Below are positions 29,748 to 40,236 of a stretch of DNA of 64,000 bases, one piece after another (positions within the stretch are counted from its first letter, which is position 1; every line of letters starts with the position of its first letter). The DNA comes from an uncultured Thermoproteaceae archaeon (lineage in GTDB: Archaea; Thermoproteota; Thermoprotei; Thermoproteales; Thermocladiaceae). The DNA is taken from NCBI GenBank assembly GCA_964575955.1, contig CAZNTG010000006.1, positions 320,001-384,000 of the forward strand, given 5' to 3'. A program made the translations under genes and the position numbers. Under the pieces are notes generated by a model. The model was not told where the DNA came from. It worked only from the letters and a program-made list of their open reading frames with translations, and ran no database searches.

Positions 29748-30359
29748 CTATCTCCTACATAGATCTATGAAATTCTTTAACAATTTTAAACCATTCTTAC
29801 TACTTCTCTCAGGATGGAATTGTGTACCAAGTATTAGATTTTTCTCATCAAAAAGTATACTTAAGAATTCCGAATCTTCAAATGTTGTAATTCCAAGTTT
29901 AATACTTTCATCAACATCATTAGAATATATACAATAGCTATGTGCAAAGTAGAAGTATGGTTCTTCAGGAAGGTCTTTAGTAAGGTCTGTCTTTCTAATA
30001 ATTTTAACACTATTCCAACCCATGTGTGGTATAACTCTAGATTTTAACAATCTCACTCTACCACTATACCATGACAAACCTTTAGAAGTACCTTCATCAC
30101 TACACTCAAACATTATCTGTAATCCAAGACAAATTCCAAGTATAGGTTTAGAACCTTTCAAATCTATAATACATGGTAATCTAGACTTTATATAGCTCAT
30201 AGCAGCATCAAAAGAACCAACACCTGGAAGTATCACAACATCACAATCATTCAATTTATCACAACTTTCAACTATTAAAGTCTCAATACCTAACTTTTTA
30301 AATGCATTAACAATACTTCCAATATTTCCAACACCATACTTAACAATACCAACAATCAT
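29748..30359 (-). CDS. hisH: Imidazole glycerol phosphate synthase glutaminase subunit
   Basis: YGVGNIGS, LPGVGSF, GICLGLQ, PHMGWN, YFAHSY, QFHPE. Confidence 0.96.
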   Translation of the reverse strand: MIVGIVKYGVGNIGSIVNAFKKLGIETLIVESCDKLNDCDVVILPGVGSFDAAMSYIKSRLPCIIDLKGSKPILGICLGLQIMFECSDEGTSKGLSWYSGRVRLLKSRVIPHMGWNSVKIIRKTDLTKDLPEEPYFYFAHSYCIYSNDVDESIKLGITTFEDSEFLSILFDEKNLILGTQFHPERSSKNGLKLLKNFIDLCRR

Positions 30360-30418
30360 GTATACCTATGCTCTAGTAATCAATTTTTTAAAGATTTTTA
30401 AACGATAAGTATTGAAGC

Positions 30419-31246
30419 TTGAATCAACACTACAATACTGTACTAATAATGAATGTTGAGAATATTAAAAGTGACATACTTAGAAGTGAAATTAAGCTAA
30501 AGTTAGAAATGTTTGAAAGAGATATTACTATAATTGGAGGAATACTAGTACTAACACCATTAATAATACTTCTAATATCATCACTATTTAATAGCAGTAT
30601 AATATTCATACTAATACCAATACTAGCAATACTATGTATACTATTCACAACCATTCTAGATAGAGAGTTAGAAGATATTATGAAACTCTTAACTGGATAT
30701 AAATTTAATATTGTTGAAAAATATAGGAAGTTTAGAAATAGGCTATATAGTGTATTTAAAAGTTTAGATGATTTTGAAAAAATATTATTTAAGTATGAGA
30801 TCTGCAATAGAATTACAGGTAATCTCAGTAGGGTAGAACCTTACAGTACGCTATATGATATGTGTATAATACCGAGTAAAAGTAGAGATAGTATAGATGT
30901 TATATATGTTGAAAATTATAGGAAGTTTATTATTAAGGAAATTAGGAGATTTGTTGTTAGAGTTTCTAGCTTATTTATGATGTGTATGATATGTGAAGGT
31001 ATATTAATGCCAATACTCTACGTTGTTCTCGTTAAAAGTTTAAATATTAATCCAAACATTACTAGTCTAATTGTTGGAATATTACCGACATTAGTAGTAT
31101 ATTTCTATCTTGGATATAGGATGTTTAGAATTTTTGAAAATAAGATTGGAATTGAGAGAAGTTTTATAGGTATATTCAAGAAATTTGCGATATTTTTCTC
31201 AATTATTGTTATGTTTTTTATATTTATTGTTTTGATATTTCTATAA
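30419..31246 (+). CDS. Hypothetical membrane protein
   Basis: About 5 hydrophobic segments. Confidence 0.6.
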   Translation: MNQHYNTVLIMNVENIKSDILRSEIKLKLEMFERDITIIGGILVLTPLIILLISSLFNSSIIFILIPILAILCILFTTILDRELEDIMKLLTGYKFNIVEKYRKFRNRLYSVFKSLDDFEKILFKYEICNRITGNLSRVEPYSTLYDMCIIPSKSRDSIDVIYVENYRKFIIKEIRRFVVRVSSLFMMCMICEGILMPILYVVLVKSLNINPNITSLIVGILPTLVVYFYLGYRMFRIFENKIGIERSFIGIFKKFAIFFSIIVMFFIFIVLIFL

Positions 31247-31258
31247 TTTTTAACTAGT

Positions 31259-32920
31259 CTATTCTTCCTTCTTCTCTTCCTCTTCTTTCTTCTCCTTTTC
31301 CTCTTTCTTCTCTTCTAGCTTGCTTGCTGCGATTATCTCATCAATTCTCAATATCATACATGCTGCCTCTACTGCTGCTTTTAGTGCCTGTATCTTTACT
31401 ACTAGTGGCTCTATTACGTTTAGTGCTACCATGTCTGTTACCTTTCCTGTGAATGCATCAATACCATATTTCCAACCTTCTGGCTCACTCTCATGTTTGT
31501 GTCTTAATTCTGTTAGTATGTCTACTGCGTCAAGACCTGCGTTTTCTGCTAATGTCTTTGGTATTACCTCCATTGCATTTGCAAATGCTTCAAGTGCATA
31601 TTGTTCTCTACCTCCAACTTTCATTGCTAGTTGTCTAGCTACTTTTGCTGCTTCCATCTCAACTGCTCCACCTCCAGGTACTACGTATGGATCCTCTATT
31701 ACGTCTGCTACAACGCTTAGTGCATCTATTAGGTTTCTCTCAGCTTCATCTACTAATCTTTCAAATCCTCCACGTATTACTATGCTTACTGCTTTTGGAT
31801 TCTTACACTGTTCTACAAATACCATCTTCTCATCTCCAACACGTCTCTCTTCTACAAGTCCTGCATATCCTAGATCTTCTGGCTTTAGATCTTCGATATT
31901 TGTTACCAATCTACCTCCTGTTGCTCTAACAAGCTTCTCCATATCGCTTCTCTTTACTCTTCTAACAGCTAGAATACCAGCCTTAGCTAGGTAGTACTGT
32001 GCTATGTCGTCAATACCCTTTGTTGTGAATACTACATTTGCACCAACACTCTTCAACTTCTCAACATATTGTCTAAGTATGTTTTCTTCTTCTTCAATAA
32101 ATGCTCTTACCTGTTCTGGACTTGTAATTCTAATCTCAGCATCAATCTCAGGCTTTTCAACCTCTAGTGGACAGTCTAGTAGTACAATTCTAGCATCTAC
32201 AACTCTCTTAGGCATTGCTGCATGTACAACTTCCTTGTCGATAACTATTCCATATACTAGCTGTGTATCGAATAGACTACCGCCATGCTTCTTAACTATC
32301 TGTATCCAGTCTATATCTGCAACCCATCTACCTGGCTCTCTCTCCTCAGCTACCTGTACTACAGCCTTTGCTGCAAGTTCTGCGAAGTAGTCTTTAACGG
32401 CTTCACTAATCTTACCATGCATTGCTGTTGCTGCAATCTTCTTCAATGAATCAATATCATCTCTTCTTACAGGTATTGCAATCTTCTTTAAATGTTCAAT
32501 TACTGCATCTAGTGCTCTCTTATATCCTGAGATTATTATTGTTGGATGAATATTCTTCTCTAATAGCTTCTCTGCCTCTTCTAGAAGAGCTCCAGCTAAG
32601 ATTACTGCCGTTGTTGTACCATCACCAACCTCATCATCCTGTGTCTTAGCAACTTCTACAAGAAGCTTACCAATTGGGTGTTGTATATCCATCTCATCTA
32701 GAACTGTTGCACCATCATTTGTTATTGTTATATCACCAAGACTGTCTATGAGCATCTTATCCATACCTTTTGGACCTAGTGTTGATTTTAGTACTTCAGC
32801 AATTGCTTTTGCAACCATTATGTTTATTCTCATTGCCTCTTTACCAAAAGCTCTCTGTGTACCCTCTTTCAATACTAGAACTGGTACACCACCAACCTGT
32901 GTTAGATATGCTGTTGACAT
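31259..32920 (-). CDS. ths: Thermosome (group II chaperonin) subunit
   Basis: [32 protein letters not shown]. Confidence 0.98.
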   Translation of the reverse strand: MSTAYLTQVGGVPVLVLKEGTQRAFGKEAMRINIMVAKAIAEVLKSTLGPKGMDKMLIDSLGDITITNDGATVLDEMDIQHPIGKLLVEVAKTQDDEVGDGTTTAVILAGALLEEAEKLLEKNIHPTIIISGYKRALDAVIEHLKKIAIPVRRDDIDSLKKIAATAMHGKISEAVKDYFAELAAKAVVQVAEEREPGRWVADIDWIQIVKKHGGSLFDTQLVYGIVIDKEVVHAAMPKRVVDARIVLLDCPLEVEKPEIDAEIRITSPEQVRAFIEEEENILRQYVEKLKSVGANVVFTTKGIDDIAQYYLAKAGILAVRRVKRSDMEKLVRATGGRLVTNIEDLKPEDLGYAGLVEERRVGDEKMVFVEQCKNPKAVSIVIRGGFERLVDEAERNLIDALSVVADVIEDPYVVPGGGAVEMEAAKVARQLAMKVGGREQYALEAFANAMEVIPKTLAENAGLDAVDILTELRHKHESEPEGWKYGIDAFTGKVTDMVALNVIEPLVVKIQALKAAVEAACMILRIDEIIAASKLEEKKEEKEKKEEEEKKEE

Positions 32921-33014
32921 GGCTCTCGTATTAAGCTGTGAGAACCACTTCTATAAAAACCTTTCTCTATCAATGCGGCATGTTTAAAGACCCTAAATAT
33001 TAGAGATAGTGACG

Positions 33015-33251
33015 ATGGGTAAGGTAAGGCCAAGATATATTAAAAATCTTGCAAGAAAACTGCTAGAGCTATATCCTGATAAGTTTACAACAGACTTCGA
33101 ACATAATAAGAAGATGGTAATGGAACTTGCAGATATACCTAGTAAGAAGGTTAGAAATCAAGTTGCTGGATATATAACACATCTAGTGAGAATGAAACTT
33201 GAAGAAGAAAAAGCTAAAGAAGAAGAGCTTGTTGAAGAGCTAGGTGAGTAA
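33015..33251 (+). CDS. rps17e: 30S ribosomal protein S17e
   Basis: [28 protein letters not shown]. Confidence 0.97.
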   Translation: MGKVRPRYIKNLARKLLELYPDKFTTDFEHNKKMVMELADIPSKKVRNQVAGYITHLVRMKLEEEKAKEEELVEELGE

Positions 33252-33256
33252 TAGAG

Positions 33257-33976
33257 ATGCCTCTTCAAAAGGGAGATTACATACTCGTAGACTACACAAT
33301 AATGATTAAAGATGAGAATAGGATTGTACAGACAACAAATGAGGAGAGAGCAAAAGAGGCAGGTATTTACAGTCCAGACAACATATATGAACCAATGCTC
33401 ATAATATTAGGAGAGACAAAACTTCTAGAACCTGTAGAACAGGCACTATACAATGCAGAAGAAGGACAAGAATTAACAATAGAAGTACCACCAGAGAAGG
33501 GATTTGGTGAGAGAGATCCTAAGAAGATTAAGACTGTATCAATAAGAGAGTTCTATAGAATTGGAAAGATACCGAAGATTGGAGATACAGTTGAGATAAA
33601 TGGTCAACAGGCAAGAGTTATAGATATATCTAGTGGTAGAGTAACTCTAGACTTCAATCATCCACTTGCAGGTAAGACATTGATAGTGCAGTTGAAAGTT
33701 TTGAAAAAGCTTGAAAAAGATGAAGATAAGATTAGATATCTAGTCAAGAGATTTATCCCACACATAAAGCCTGAGAATATAGATGTAAAGATTGAAGATA
33801 ATGGATCAAAAGTAGTTATAAAGTTACCAATTGAAACTATGCTAATTGAACGTATAGGAGTTATCAAGGCATCTATAGCAGAGGAGATTGGTAGAAGATT
33901 GCAAAATGTTAGAAAGGTAGTATTTATTGATGAGATTGAGATTAAGAGAGAACAATCTCAACAATCTCAAACTTAG
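33257..33976 (+). CDS. FKBP-type peptidyl-prolyl isomerase (SlyD-like, long form)
   Basis: PPEKGFGERD, SGRVTLDFNHPLAGKTL. Confidence 0.93.
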   Translation: MPLQKGDYILVDYTIMIKDENRIVQTTNEERAKEAGIYSPDNIYEPMLIILGETKLLEPVEQALYNAEEGQELTIEVPPEKGFGERDPKKIKTVSIREFYRIGKIPKIGDTVEINGQQARVIDISSGRVTLDFNHPLAGKTLIVQLKVLKKLEKDEDKIRYLVKRFIPHIKPENIDVKIEDNGSKVVIKLPIETMLIERIGVIKASIAEEIGRRLQNVRKVVFIDEIEIKREQSQQSQT

Positions 33977-34008
33977 AAAGATTTTAAACTTACACATATT
34001 GAAACAAT

Positions 34009-34725
34009 TTGAGAAGTATGTTTGAGTATTTTGATAAGAGAATATTTCAATTCCCTGAAACTTTCCTAAGTGGAGATGACATACTTAAGAGATTGAACAT
34101 ACTTAAGACAGGTACAACAACAGTCGGAATTGTCACTAAGAATGGTGTAGTACTTGCAACTGATAAGAGAGCAACAGCAGGATACTTCATAGCTAATAAG
34201 AATGTTAAGAAGATATGGAAGATTGATAATCATGTTGCAGCAACAATGTGTGGATCTGTTGCAGATGTTCAAAAACTTCTAGATGAACTTACAAGAATAG
34301 CACATTCTCACAAGATTGATACTGGAAAACCGATAAGTATAAGATCACTTGCAAATTATGCAAGTCTCGTACTATTCTCAACAAGACCATACCTACTTAT
34401 AGTACATATAATAATTGGAGGATACGATCCTGATGAAGGACCTGTACTATATGCATTAGACTGGTTTGGAACTGTTACAAGAGAGACAAAGTATACATCT
34501 ACAGGAAGCGGTTCTCCAATAGCTTTTGGAGTTCTTGAAGATGGTTATAGAGAAGATATGAGTATTGACGAGGCTGTTAGACTTGCTGTTAGAGCTGTAT
34601 ATGCAGCAATGATGAGAGATCCAGGATCTGGTGAAGGTATTATAGCAGTGACGATTACTAGAGAAGGTTATAGAGAGATTCCTGAGAGTGAGATTAGGAC
34701 GATGTTAAAAATAGGACAAGCTTAA
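34009..34725 (+). CDS. psmB: Proteasome beta subunit
   Basis: Propeptide then KTG/TTTVG, DKRAT, GSVADVQ, TGSGS, RDPGSG. Confidence 0.95.
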   Translation: MRSMFEYFDKRIFQFPETFLSGDDILKRLNILKTGTTTVGIVTKNGVVLATDKRATAGYFIANKNVKKIWKIDNHVAATMCGSVADVQKLLDELTRIAHSHKIDTGKPISIRSLANYASLVLFSTRPYLLIVHIIIGGYDPDEGPVLYALDWFGTVTRETKYTSTGSGSPIAFGVLEDGYREDMSIDEAVRLAVRAVYAAMMRDPGSGEGIIAVTITREGYREIPESEIRTMLKIGQA

Positions 34726-34757
34726 TAAAGTTCTAGTAATACTATTAGCGATTCTTT

Positions 34758-36692
34758 GTGCCTTTTAGAGAAGATATTCAGAAGAAGATAATAGACACAT
34801 TATCTCCACACGTTGGAGTAGCTAAGATAGATTTTGAAGGACCTAGTATTGTTGTTCTAATAGATAATTCAAAGAAATTCTATACTGAAGGTTGTGATAA
34901 ACTTATAAAACAACTTGCTAAAGATTTAAAAAAGCATTTAATAATTAGATGTGATGTTAAGGGAAGGAAGAATAAGAAAGAGGCACAGACAATAATTAAG
35001 GAAATTATAGAGAGTAATGTTGGTAAAGATGTTCTAGATAGTGTATATTTTGACGATAATCTTGGTGATGTATACATATACTTGAAGAGACCTGTCAGAA
35101 ATAAGAAGAAGCTTGAACATATGATTTTTGCAGAGACAGGTTGGAGAGCTATAATAACACCAACAGCTCTTGAAATGGCTAAAAAACTTCCAAGACAAGA
35201 AATTGAATATGTTAGACAGATACAGATAACAATGTCTAAAGAAAGGTCAGACTTCTTGAAAAATCTTGGTAGAAGAATTCATAGAGATTCCATATTTAGA
35301 GATACATACATAAGAGTTACAGTACTTGGTGCAGGTTTTGAAGTTGGTAGAAGTGCAATACTTGTAGAGACTAGAGAGAGCATGGTACTTCTAGACTGCG
35401 GTATTAAGCCTGGATATCCAACAGATGAGTACCCATTCATAGATTTGATAGATATCGATAGACTAGATGCAGTCATAGTATCTCATGCACATATGGACCA
35501 TATTGGATTCATACCATACCTATACAAGTATGGTTATAGAGGTCCTGTATACATGACAGAGCCTACAAAATACCTGATGGAGATACTAGTATCAGACTAC
35601 ATAGAACTATGTGAGAGAGAAGGTAAACAACCACCATTCTCTAAGAAGGATTTAACAACAGCACTATGCCACACGATAACTATAGATTATGAAGATACTA
35701 CAGATATAGCACCTGATATTAAACTCACATTTACAGATGCTGGACATGAAATTGGATCAGCAATAGCACATATGCATATTGGGAACGGTCTATACAACAT
35801 AGTCTACACTGGAGATTTTAAGTATGGAACCACAAGATTGTTAAATGTTGCTAATAGAAAGTTTAAGAGAGTTGAACTATTGATAATGGAGAGCACTTAT
35901 GGAGGTAAGAATGATGTACAGGAAAGTAGAGATGAAGCTGAGAGAAAACTTATTGATTGTATTAGAAGAACAATTGAGAGAGGTGGTAAAGTTCTAATTC
36001 CAGCATTTAGCACAGGTAGAGCACAGGAAATATTACTCATACTTAATGATGCAATTGAGAGAAAATTAATACCAAAAGATGTTAAGATATATGTTGATGG
36101 TATGATATTAGAAACATTAAATGTACATCTAATGTTTCCAGACTATTTAAATAGAAATGTTAGAGAGTTAATATATGATGGAATAAATCCATTCTTAGGA
36201 GATAATGTTATACCAGTTGAAAGACCTAAAAAACCTGAGAAAAGATATGAACAGGTAGAGAGTATTGTTAGAGGAGACCCATGTATAATACTTGCACCAC
36301 ATGGAATGTTGAATGGTGGTCCAATACTAGACTACTTCGTTCATCTTGCTGATGATGAGAAAAGTACACTACTATTCGTATCTTATCAAGCTGAGAATAC
36401 TTTAGGTAGAAGAATATTGCAGGGTGAGAGAAGATTTGTAATAAAGTACTATAATGAAGATGTTAAGATAGATTTGAAGATGCATGTTGAAAGTATTCAA
36501 GGATTTTCAGGTCATAGTGATAGAAGACAACTATTAGCATATGTTAGAGATATTGAACCTAGACCAAGTAAGATAATGCTTGTACATGGAGAACAGGGAA
36601 AGATACTGAGTCTAGCATTGACAATAGAGTTAAGCATGAAAATACCAGTAATAACACCTTCAAATCTTGAAAGTGTACGTCTTATACCATAG
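34758..36692 (+). CDS. aCPSF1/FttA beta-CASP ribonuclease with KH domains
   Basis: FEGP KH region, EVGRSA, SHAHMDH, AGHEIG, MESTYG, GFSGHSD, VHGE; follows psmB as is typical. Confidence 0.93.
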   Translation: MPFREDIQKKIIDTLSPHVGVAKIDFEGPSIVVLIDNSKKFYTEGCDKLIKQLAKDLKKHLIIRCDVKGRKNKKEAQTIIKEIIESNVGKDVLDSVYFDDNLGDVYIYLKRPVRNKKKLEHMIFAETGWRAIITPTALEMAKKLPRQEIEYVRQIQITMSKERSDFLKNLGRRIHRDSIFRDTYIRVTVLGAGFEVGRSAILVETRESMVLLDCGIKPGYPTDEYPFIDLIDIDRLDAVIVSHAHMDHIGFIPYLYKYGYRGPVYMTEPTKYLMEILVSDYIELCEREGKQPPFSKKDLTTALCHTITIDYEDTTDIAPDIKLTFTDAGHEIGSAIAHMHIGNGLYNIVYTGDFKYGTTRLLNVANRKFKRVELLIMESTYGGKNDVQESRDEAERKLIDCIRRTIERGGKVLIPAFSTGRAQEILLILNDAIERKLIPKDVKIYVDGMILETLNVHLMFPDYLNRNVRELIYDGINPFLGDNVIPVERPKKPEKRYEQVESIVRGDPCIILAPHGMLNGGPILDYFVHLADDEKSTLLFVSYQAENTLGRRILQGERRFVIKYYNEDVKIDLKMHVESIQGFSGHSDRRQLLAYVRDIEPRPSKIMLVHGEQGKILSLALTIELSMKIPVITPSNLESVRLIP

Positions 36693-36757
36693 CTAAAGAT
36701 CTACATGGTAAAGATAAATTTTATAACCAAAGTAAGATGACTGAGACGGAGGTATAG

Positions 36758-37003
36758 ATGTCTCGATGCCTTGAAACTGTAGGTGAAGAAATGAAGAAAG
36801 CACTAAATAGAACAGTACTAATAAAGTTGAGAAATGGAGTAGAGATTAGAGGTAGATTGAGAGGATTTGATATACATCTAAACATACTTCTAGACGATGC
36901 TGAAGAATTGATAGATAAGGATATAGTTAAGAGAGGAGTTGTACTAATTAGAGGAGATACAATAGTTCTAATAAGTCCACTAGAGACACCACCATCTTCA
37001 TGA
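36758..37003 (+). CDS. Sm-like (SmAP/LSm) protein
   Basis: GRLRGFDIHLNILL..IRGD. Confidence 0.93.
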   Translation: MSRCLETVGEEMKKALNRTVLIKLRNGVEIRGRLRGFDIHLNILLDDAEELIDKDIVKRGVVLIRGDTIVLISPLETPPSS

Positions 37004-37701
37004 ATGATTGCAGAGTTGAATACTACAAACATAATATACACATATCAATATGTAGAAGAGAGAGAAAGTATGAAAAATATACACTACAGGGAGGATTGAT
37101 AGTAATTCCTGAATACTCAATATACATACTCACATCAGACATAGTTAAGCTATACAAACCTCTAGATAGATATGATAGAGATTCAATATATAGATCTTAC
37201 ATAATCGAACCAATAGACTTTACAAAAATAATTGTGAGAGATCTGAATCACGGCATTAGATTTAGAAATTTTCTAAATAGAGGAGAGATATTGATAATAG
37301 ATATAAGACTTGCAAAATTTAGAAGAATTTATAATCTTAGTAAGTTAATTTCAAAACAAATATTTAAGATAGTAAATTTAGAAGAATTTAAGATACAGTA
37401 TGTAGACTTTCTATGTCAAGTATTTAGAGGTAGATTAGATAAAAAGATTCAAAGTATTAGACCTGCATGTAGAAGTTCTATTGTTGAGTTATATTATCAA
37501 AATACTAAAGTACTCTTAGATGGAAAATTTAGATGCATATTAACAAAGTTTGGTGATAAACCAGTACTCTACATATTTGGTGTAGGTAAGATTAAGATAT
37601 TTGCAATATATCCAACACTTGGTAGAGAGTTGAATGTTGTTGATGTAGGCAGTAGAGTTGAAAATGATGTTACTATAGTAGTTGGATCATTTAGAGTTTA
37701 G
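37000..37701 (+). CDS. Hypothetical protein
   Basis: ATGA overlap with Sm gene; 233 aa. Confidence 0.6.
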   Translation: MNDCRVEYYKHNIHISICRRERKYEKYTLQGGLIVIPEYSIYILTSDIVKLYKPLDRYDRDSIYRSYIIEPIDFTKIIVRDLNHGIRFRNFLNRGEILIIDIRLAKFRRIYNLSKLISKQIFKIVNLEEFKIQYVDFLCQVFRGRLDKKIQSIRPACRSSIVELYYQNTKVLLDGKFRCILTKFGDKPVLYIFGVGKIKIFAIYPTLGRELNVVDVGSRVENDVTIVVGSFRV

Positions 37702-38315
37702 ATTGCTGTTAGAATTTCCTTATAGAGAAGTCTAGTTCTCTCAACGGGTATTGTTATTAATGGTGTATATAGTTGAAATGTTAGTTCTCTCAATGCAGCT
37801 ACTCTAAATATCTCAATTATGGAATCTGCATCTTCAATTTGAGAATCAATATCTAGTTTTTTAGCAAGTTTTCTAAGTTCTCTACAACACTCAATCTTTC
37901 TATCACACTCATCTGGACAATTCATAAATTTTATAATTTTTCTTCTAAATCTTAGTAGAAGTGTCTTACAGTGTGGAACTATTACACATACATTATCATC
38001 CGATATTACAAGTTTATTATTTTCAACATTATAACATAGGTATATTAAAGCTGTAGGTATATAATACGTCTTTTTCATAAATTTATCTTTTATAGGTTTA
38101 ATCCAACCGTACATGTGAAGTTTCTTTAGATGTCTACAGGTACTTGATTTTGCAATACCGAGAATTTCAGAAAGTTGTGTTAATGTTAATTGAGATTTTG
38201 CTAATGTTGATAATATGTGTATTCTCTCTGTAGATGAGGAGAGAATTTCAAATGATAATTCAGGAAGTATTGCAATAGCATTTATACAATTTGCCATACC
38301 TGTAGCAATACTCAT
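37698..38315 (-). CDS. ArsR-type HTH protein with Cys-rich C-terminal domain
   Basis: RIHILSTL..LTLTQLSEILGIAKSSTCRHLKKL..GWI; CPDEC..CC. Confidence 0.75.
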   Translation of the reverse strand: MSIATGMANCINAIAILPELSFEILSSSTERIHILSTLAKSQLTLTQLSEILGIAKSSTCRHLKKLHMYGWIKPIKDKFMKKTYYIPTALIYLCYNVENNKLVISDDNVCVIVPHCKTLLLRFRRKIIKFMNCPDECDRKIECCRELRKLAKKLDIDSQIEDADSIIEIFRVAALRELTFQLYTPLITIPVERTRLLYKEILTAI

Positions 38316-38374
38316 TACTCTGCTATATAAGGTAGCTGAGAAATATAAACCTATCTAAGATATATTGTATGTAA

Positions 38375-39457
38375 GTGTCAAATATTGAAATATCTACACG
38401 TAGAGGAAAACGTAGATTCAGTAGAAAGATTGTTAGAATAGAGGATAGAATACCGATGGTTGGAGTTAGAGCATTTGGAATAGTAGACATGGGTACGAAC
38501 ATACTTGAGCTAAGACCAACAAGTCTATGCCCACTCTCATGCATATTTTGTAGTGTTAATGCAGGTCCATTAAGTAGTGTTAGATGGTGTGAATATGTCG
38601 TAGATAAAGATATTCTAGTAGATGCTGTTAGAGAAATTGTAAAGTATAAGAATTATGATAAAATTGAAATACATATAGATGGCATGGGTGAACCAGGTAC
38701 ATATCCAAAACTTGTAGAACTTGTACAAGATATTCGAGATATTAGTAATGTTAAAGTCATATCAATACAGACAAGATTAGTAACATTTAATGAGAGAAAG
38801 TTAGAAGAACTTTCAGAAGCAGGTTTAGATAGATTTAATGTTAGTATCGATGCTATAGATTCCGAACTAGCTAGAAAGCTCTCAGGAACCTCATGGTATA
38901 ATGTTGAAAGAATTCTAAAACTTGTAGAGTATATAGTGAGAAATACTAGAAGTGATGTTGTATTAACACCAGTATGGTTACCTGGAATTAATGATGAAGA
39001 GATTGTGAAAATAATTCAATGGGCTAAGAAGATTGGAATTGGTAAGAGATGGCCACCTGTACTAATTCAAAAATATATACCACATAGACATGGTAGAAAG
39101 ATAGATACTAAACCTATGTCTTGGAAAGAATTTTATAATAAACTTAGAAGACTTGAGAAAGAGTACAATATAAAACTCATACCTAAGTGTGAAGATTTTG
39201 ATATAGTTAAAGTTAGACCATTACCAACAGTCTATAAATGTGGTGATGTTATTAAAGTTAAGATTATTGAGAGAGGAATATTCGTAAATGAGTACATAGC
39301 TATACCGCTAGAATTGAAAGGTAGTAATATATATGATAGAGTTATAACAGTTATAGCTGATTCAAAACTTGAAGATCTAATAATTGGACAGAAATTGAAG
39401 GTTAGAATTATAGAGAATAGAAATAACATATACATAGCTAAACCTGTAAAATTGTAG
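38375..39457 (+). CDS. Radical SAM protein with C-terminal TRAM-like domain
   Basis: CPLSCIFCSV, HIDGMGEP, PVWLPGIND; beta-rich C-terminus. Confidence 0.88.
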   Translation: MSNIEISTRRGKRRFSRKIVRIEDRIPMVGVRAFGIVDMGTNILELRPTSLCPLSCIFCSVNAGPLSSVRWCEYVVDKDILVDAVREIVKYKNYDKIEIHIDGMGEPGTYPKLVELVQDIRDISNVKVISIQTRLVTFNERKLEELSEAGLDRFNVSIDAIDSELARKLSGTSWYNVERILKLVEYIVRNTRSDVVLTPVWLPGINDEEIVKIIQWAKKIGIGKRWPPVLIQKYIPHRHGRKIDTKPMSWKEFYNKLRRLEKEYNIKLIPKCEDFDIVKVRPLPTVYKCGDVIKVKIIERGIFVNEYIAIPLELKGSNIYDRVITVIADSKLEDLIIGQKLKVRIIENRNNIYIAKPVKL

Positions 39458-39482
39458 AACCTGTAAAATATCTAGATATAAC

Positions 39483-40190
39483 ATGCTATCAATTGAAGAT
39501 ATGAAGATTAGAGTTGCAAAATATGCAATCTCAGTAGTTAGAGATGATATCGTACTTGGAGTTGGTTCAGGATCTACATCAATGTACTTCTTAAAAGAAC
39601 TTGCACAATATTTGAAAGATGGAAAGTTTAGAAATATAGTAATTGTACCAACATCATCTGAAGTTGAATATTTTTCAAAAATTTTAGGAATAGATTCATA
39701 TCTAAAACAGCCATGGCAAGTTGATAAAATCGATATTGCTATTGATGGTGCAGATGAAGTTGATAAGAATAGAAATTTATTGAAAGGTGGTGGAGGTGCA
39801 CTTACAGGTGAGAAAATTATTGATTATAATGCTAAAGAACTCTACATAATTATTGACGAGAGAAAACTTGTTGACTATATTGGAATGAGAACTCCAATAC
39901 CTATAGAGGTCATACCTAAGTATTGGAGTATTGTTGCTAAGAGAGTGATAGAGAAGTATGGTGGAGATATTAATTTGAGAATTTTAGAAAAAGCGAAAAG
40001 AGGTCCTCTCATAACTGACAACTTTGGATACATTTTAGATTGGAGAAGAATCTTAAATGATGTAGATCCTGAATATGTTGAAAAAGAGGTTAAACTTATT
40101 CCAGGTGTTGTTGAGGTTGGTATATTTGGTAGAAGTCATGTTACTAAAGTATTTGTATGTCAATCTAGTGGTGAGATATTAGAATTGTAA
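39483..40190 (+). CDS. rpiA: Ribose-5-phosphate isomerase A
   Basis: GVGSGST, DGADE, KGGGGAL..EK, ITDN, PGVVEVGIF. Confidence 0.96.
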   Translation: MLSIEDMKIRVAKYAISVVRDDIVLGVGSGSTSMYFLKELAQYLKDGKFRNIVIVPTSSEVEYFSKILGIDSYLKQPWQVDKIDIAIDGADEVDKNRNLLKGGGGALTGEKIIDYNAKELYIIIDERKLVDYIGMRTPIPIEVIPKYWSIVAKRVIEKYGGDINLRILEKAKRGPLITDNFGYILDWRRILNDVDPEYVEKEVKLIPGVVEVGIFGRSHVTKVFVCQSSGEILEL

Positions 40191-40236
40191 TTATTTTAAA
40201 CGGTACATATATCAGGGGGGTTTACGTACAGTCTTC

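Noticed and set aside
29725-29937. 70-aa ORF
   Set aside because: Starts in an sRNA C' box and runs antisense to hisH
31259-31320. Purine/pyrimidine low-complexity tracts (also tbp tail, polB1 N-terminus, 57700-57860)
   Set aside because: They encode K/E-rich protein segments, not DNA repeats
31320-31994. 224-aa antisense ORF inside the thermosome gene (and many similar shadow ORFs opposite mcm, valS, purL, hisG, CLC)
   Set aside because: Ser/Ile/Leu-rich mirror translations explained by sense-strand codon bias; no motifs
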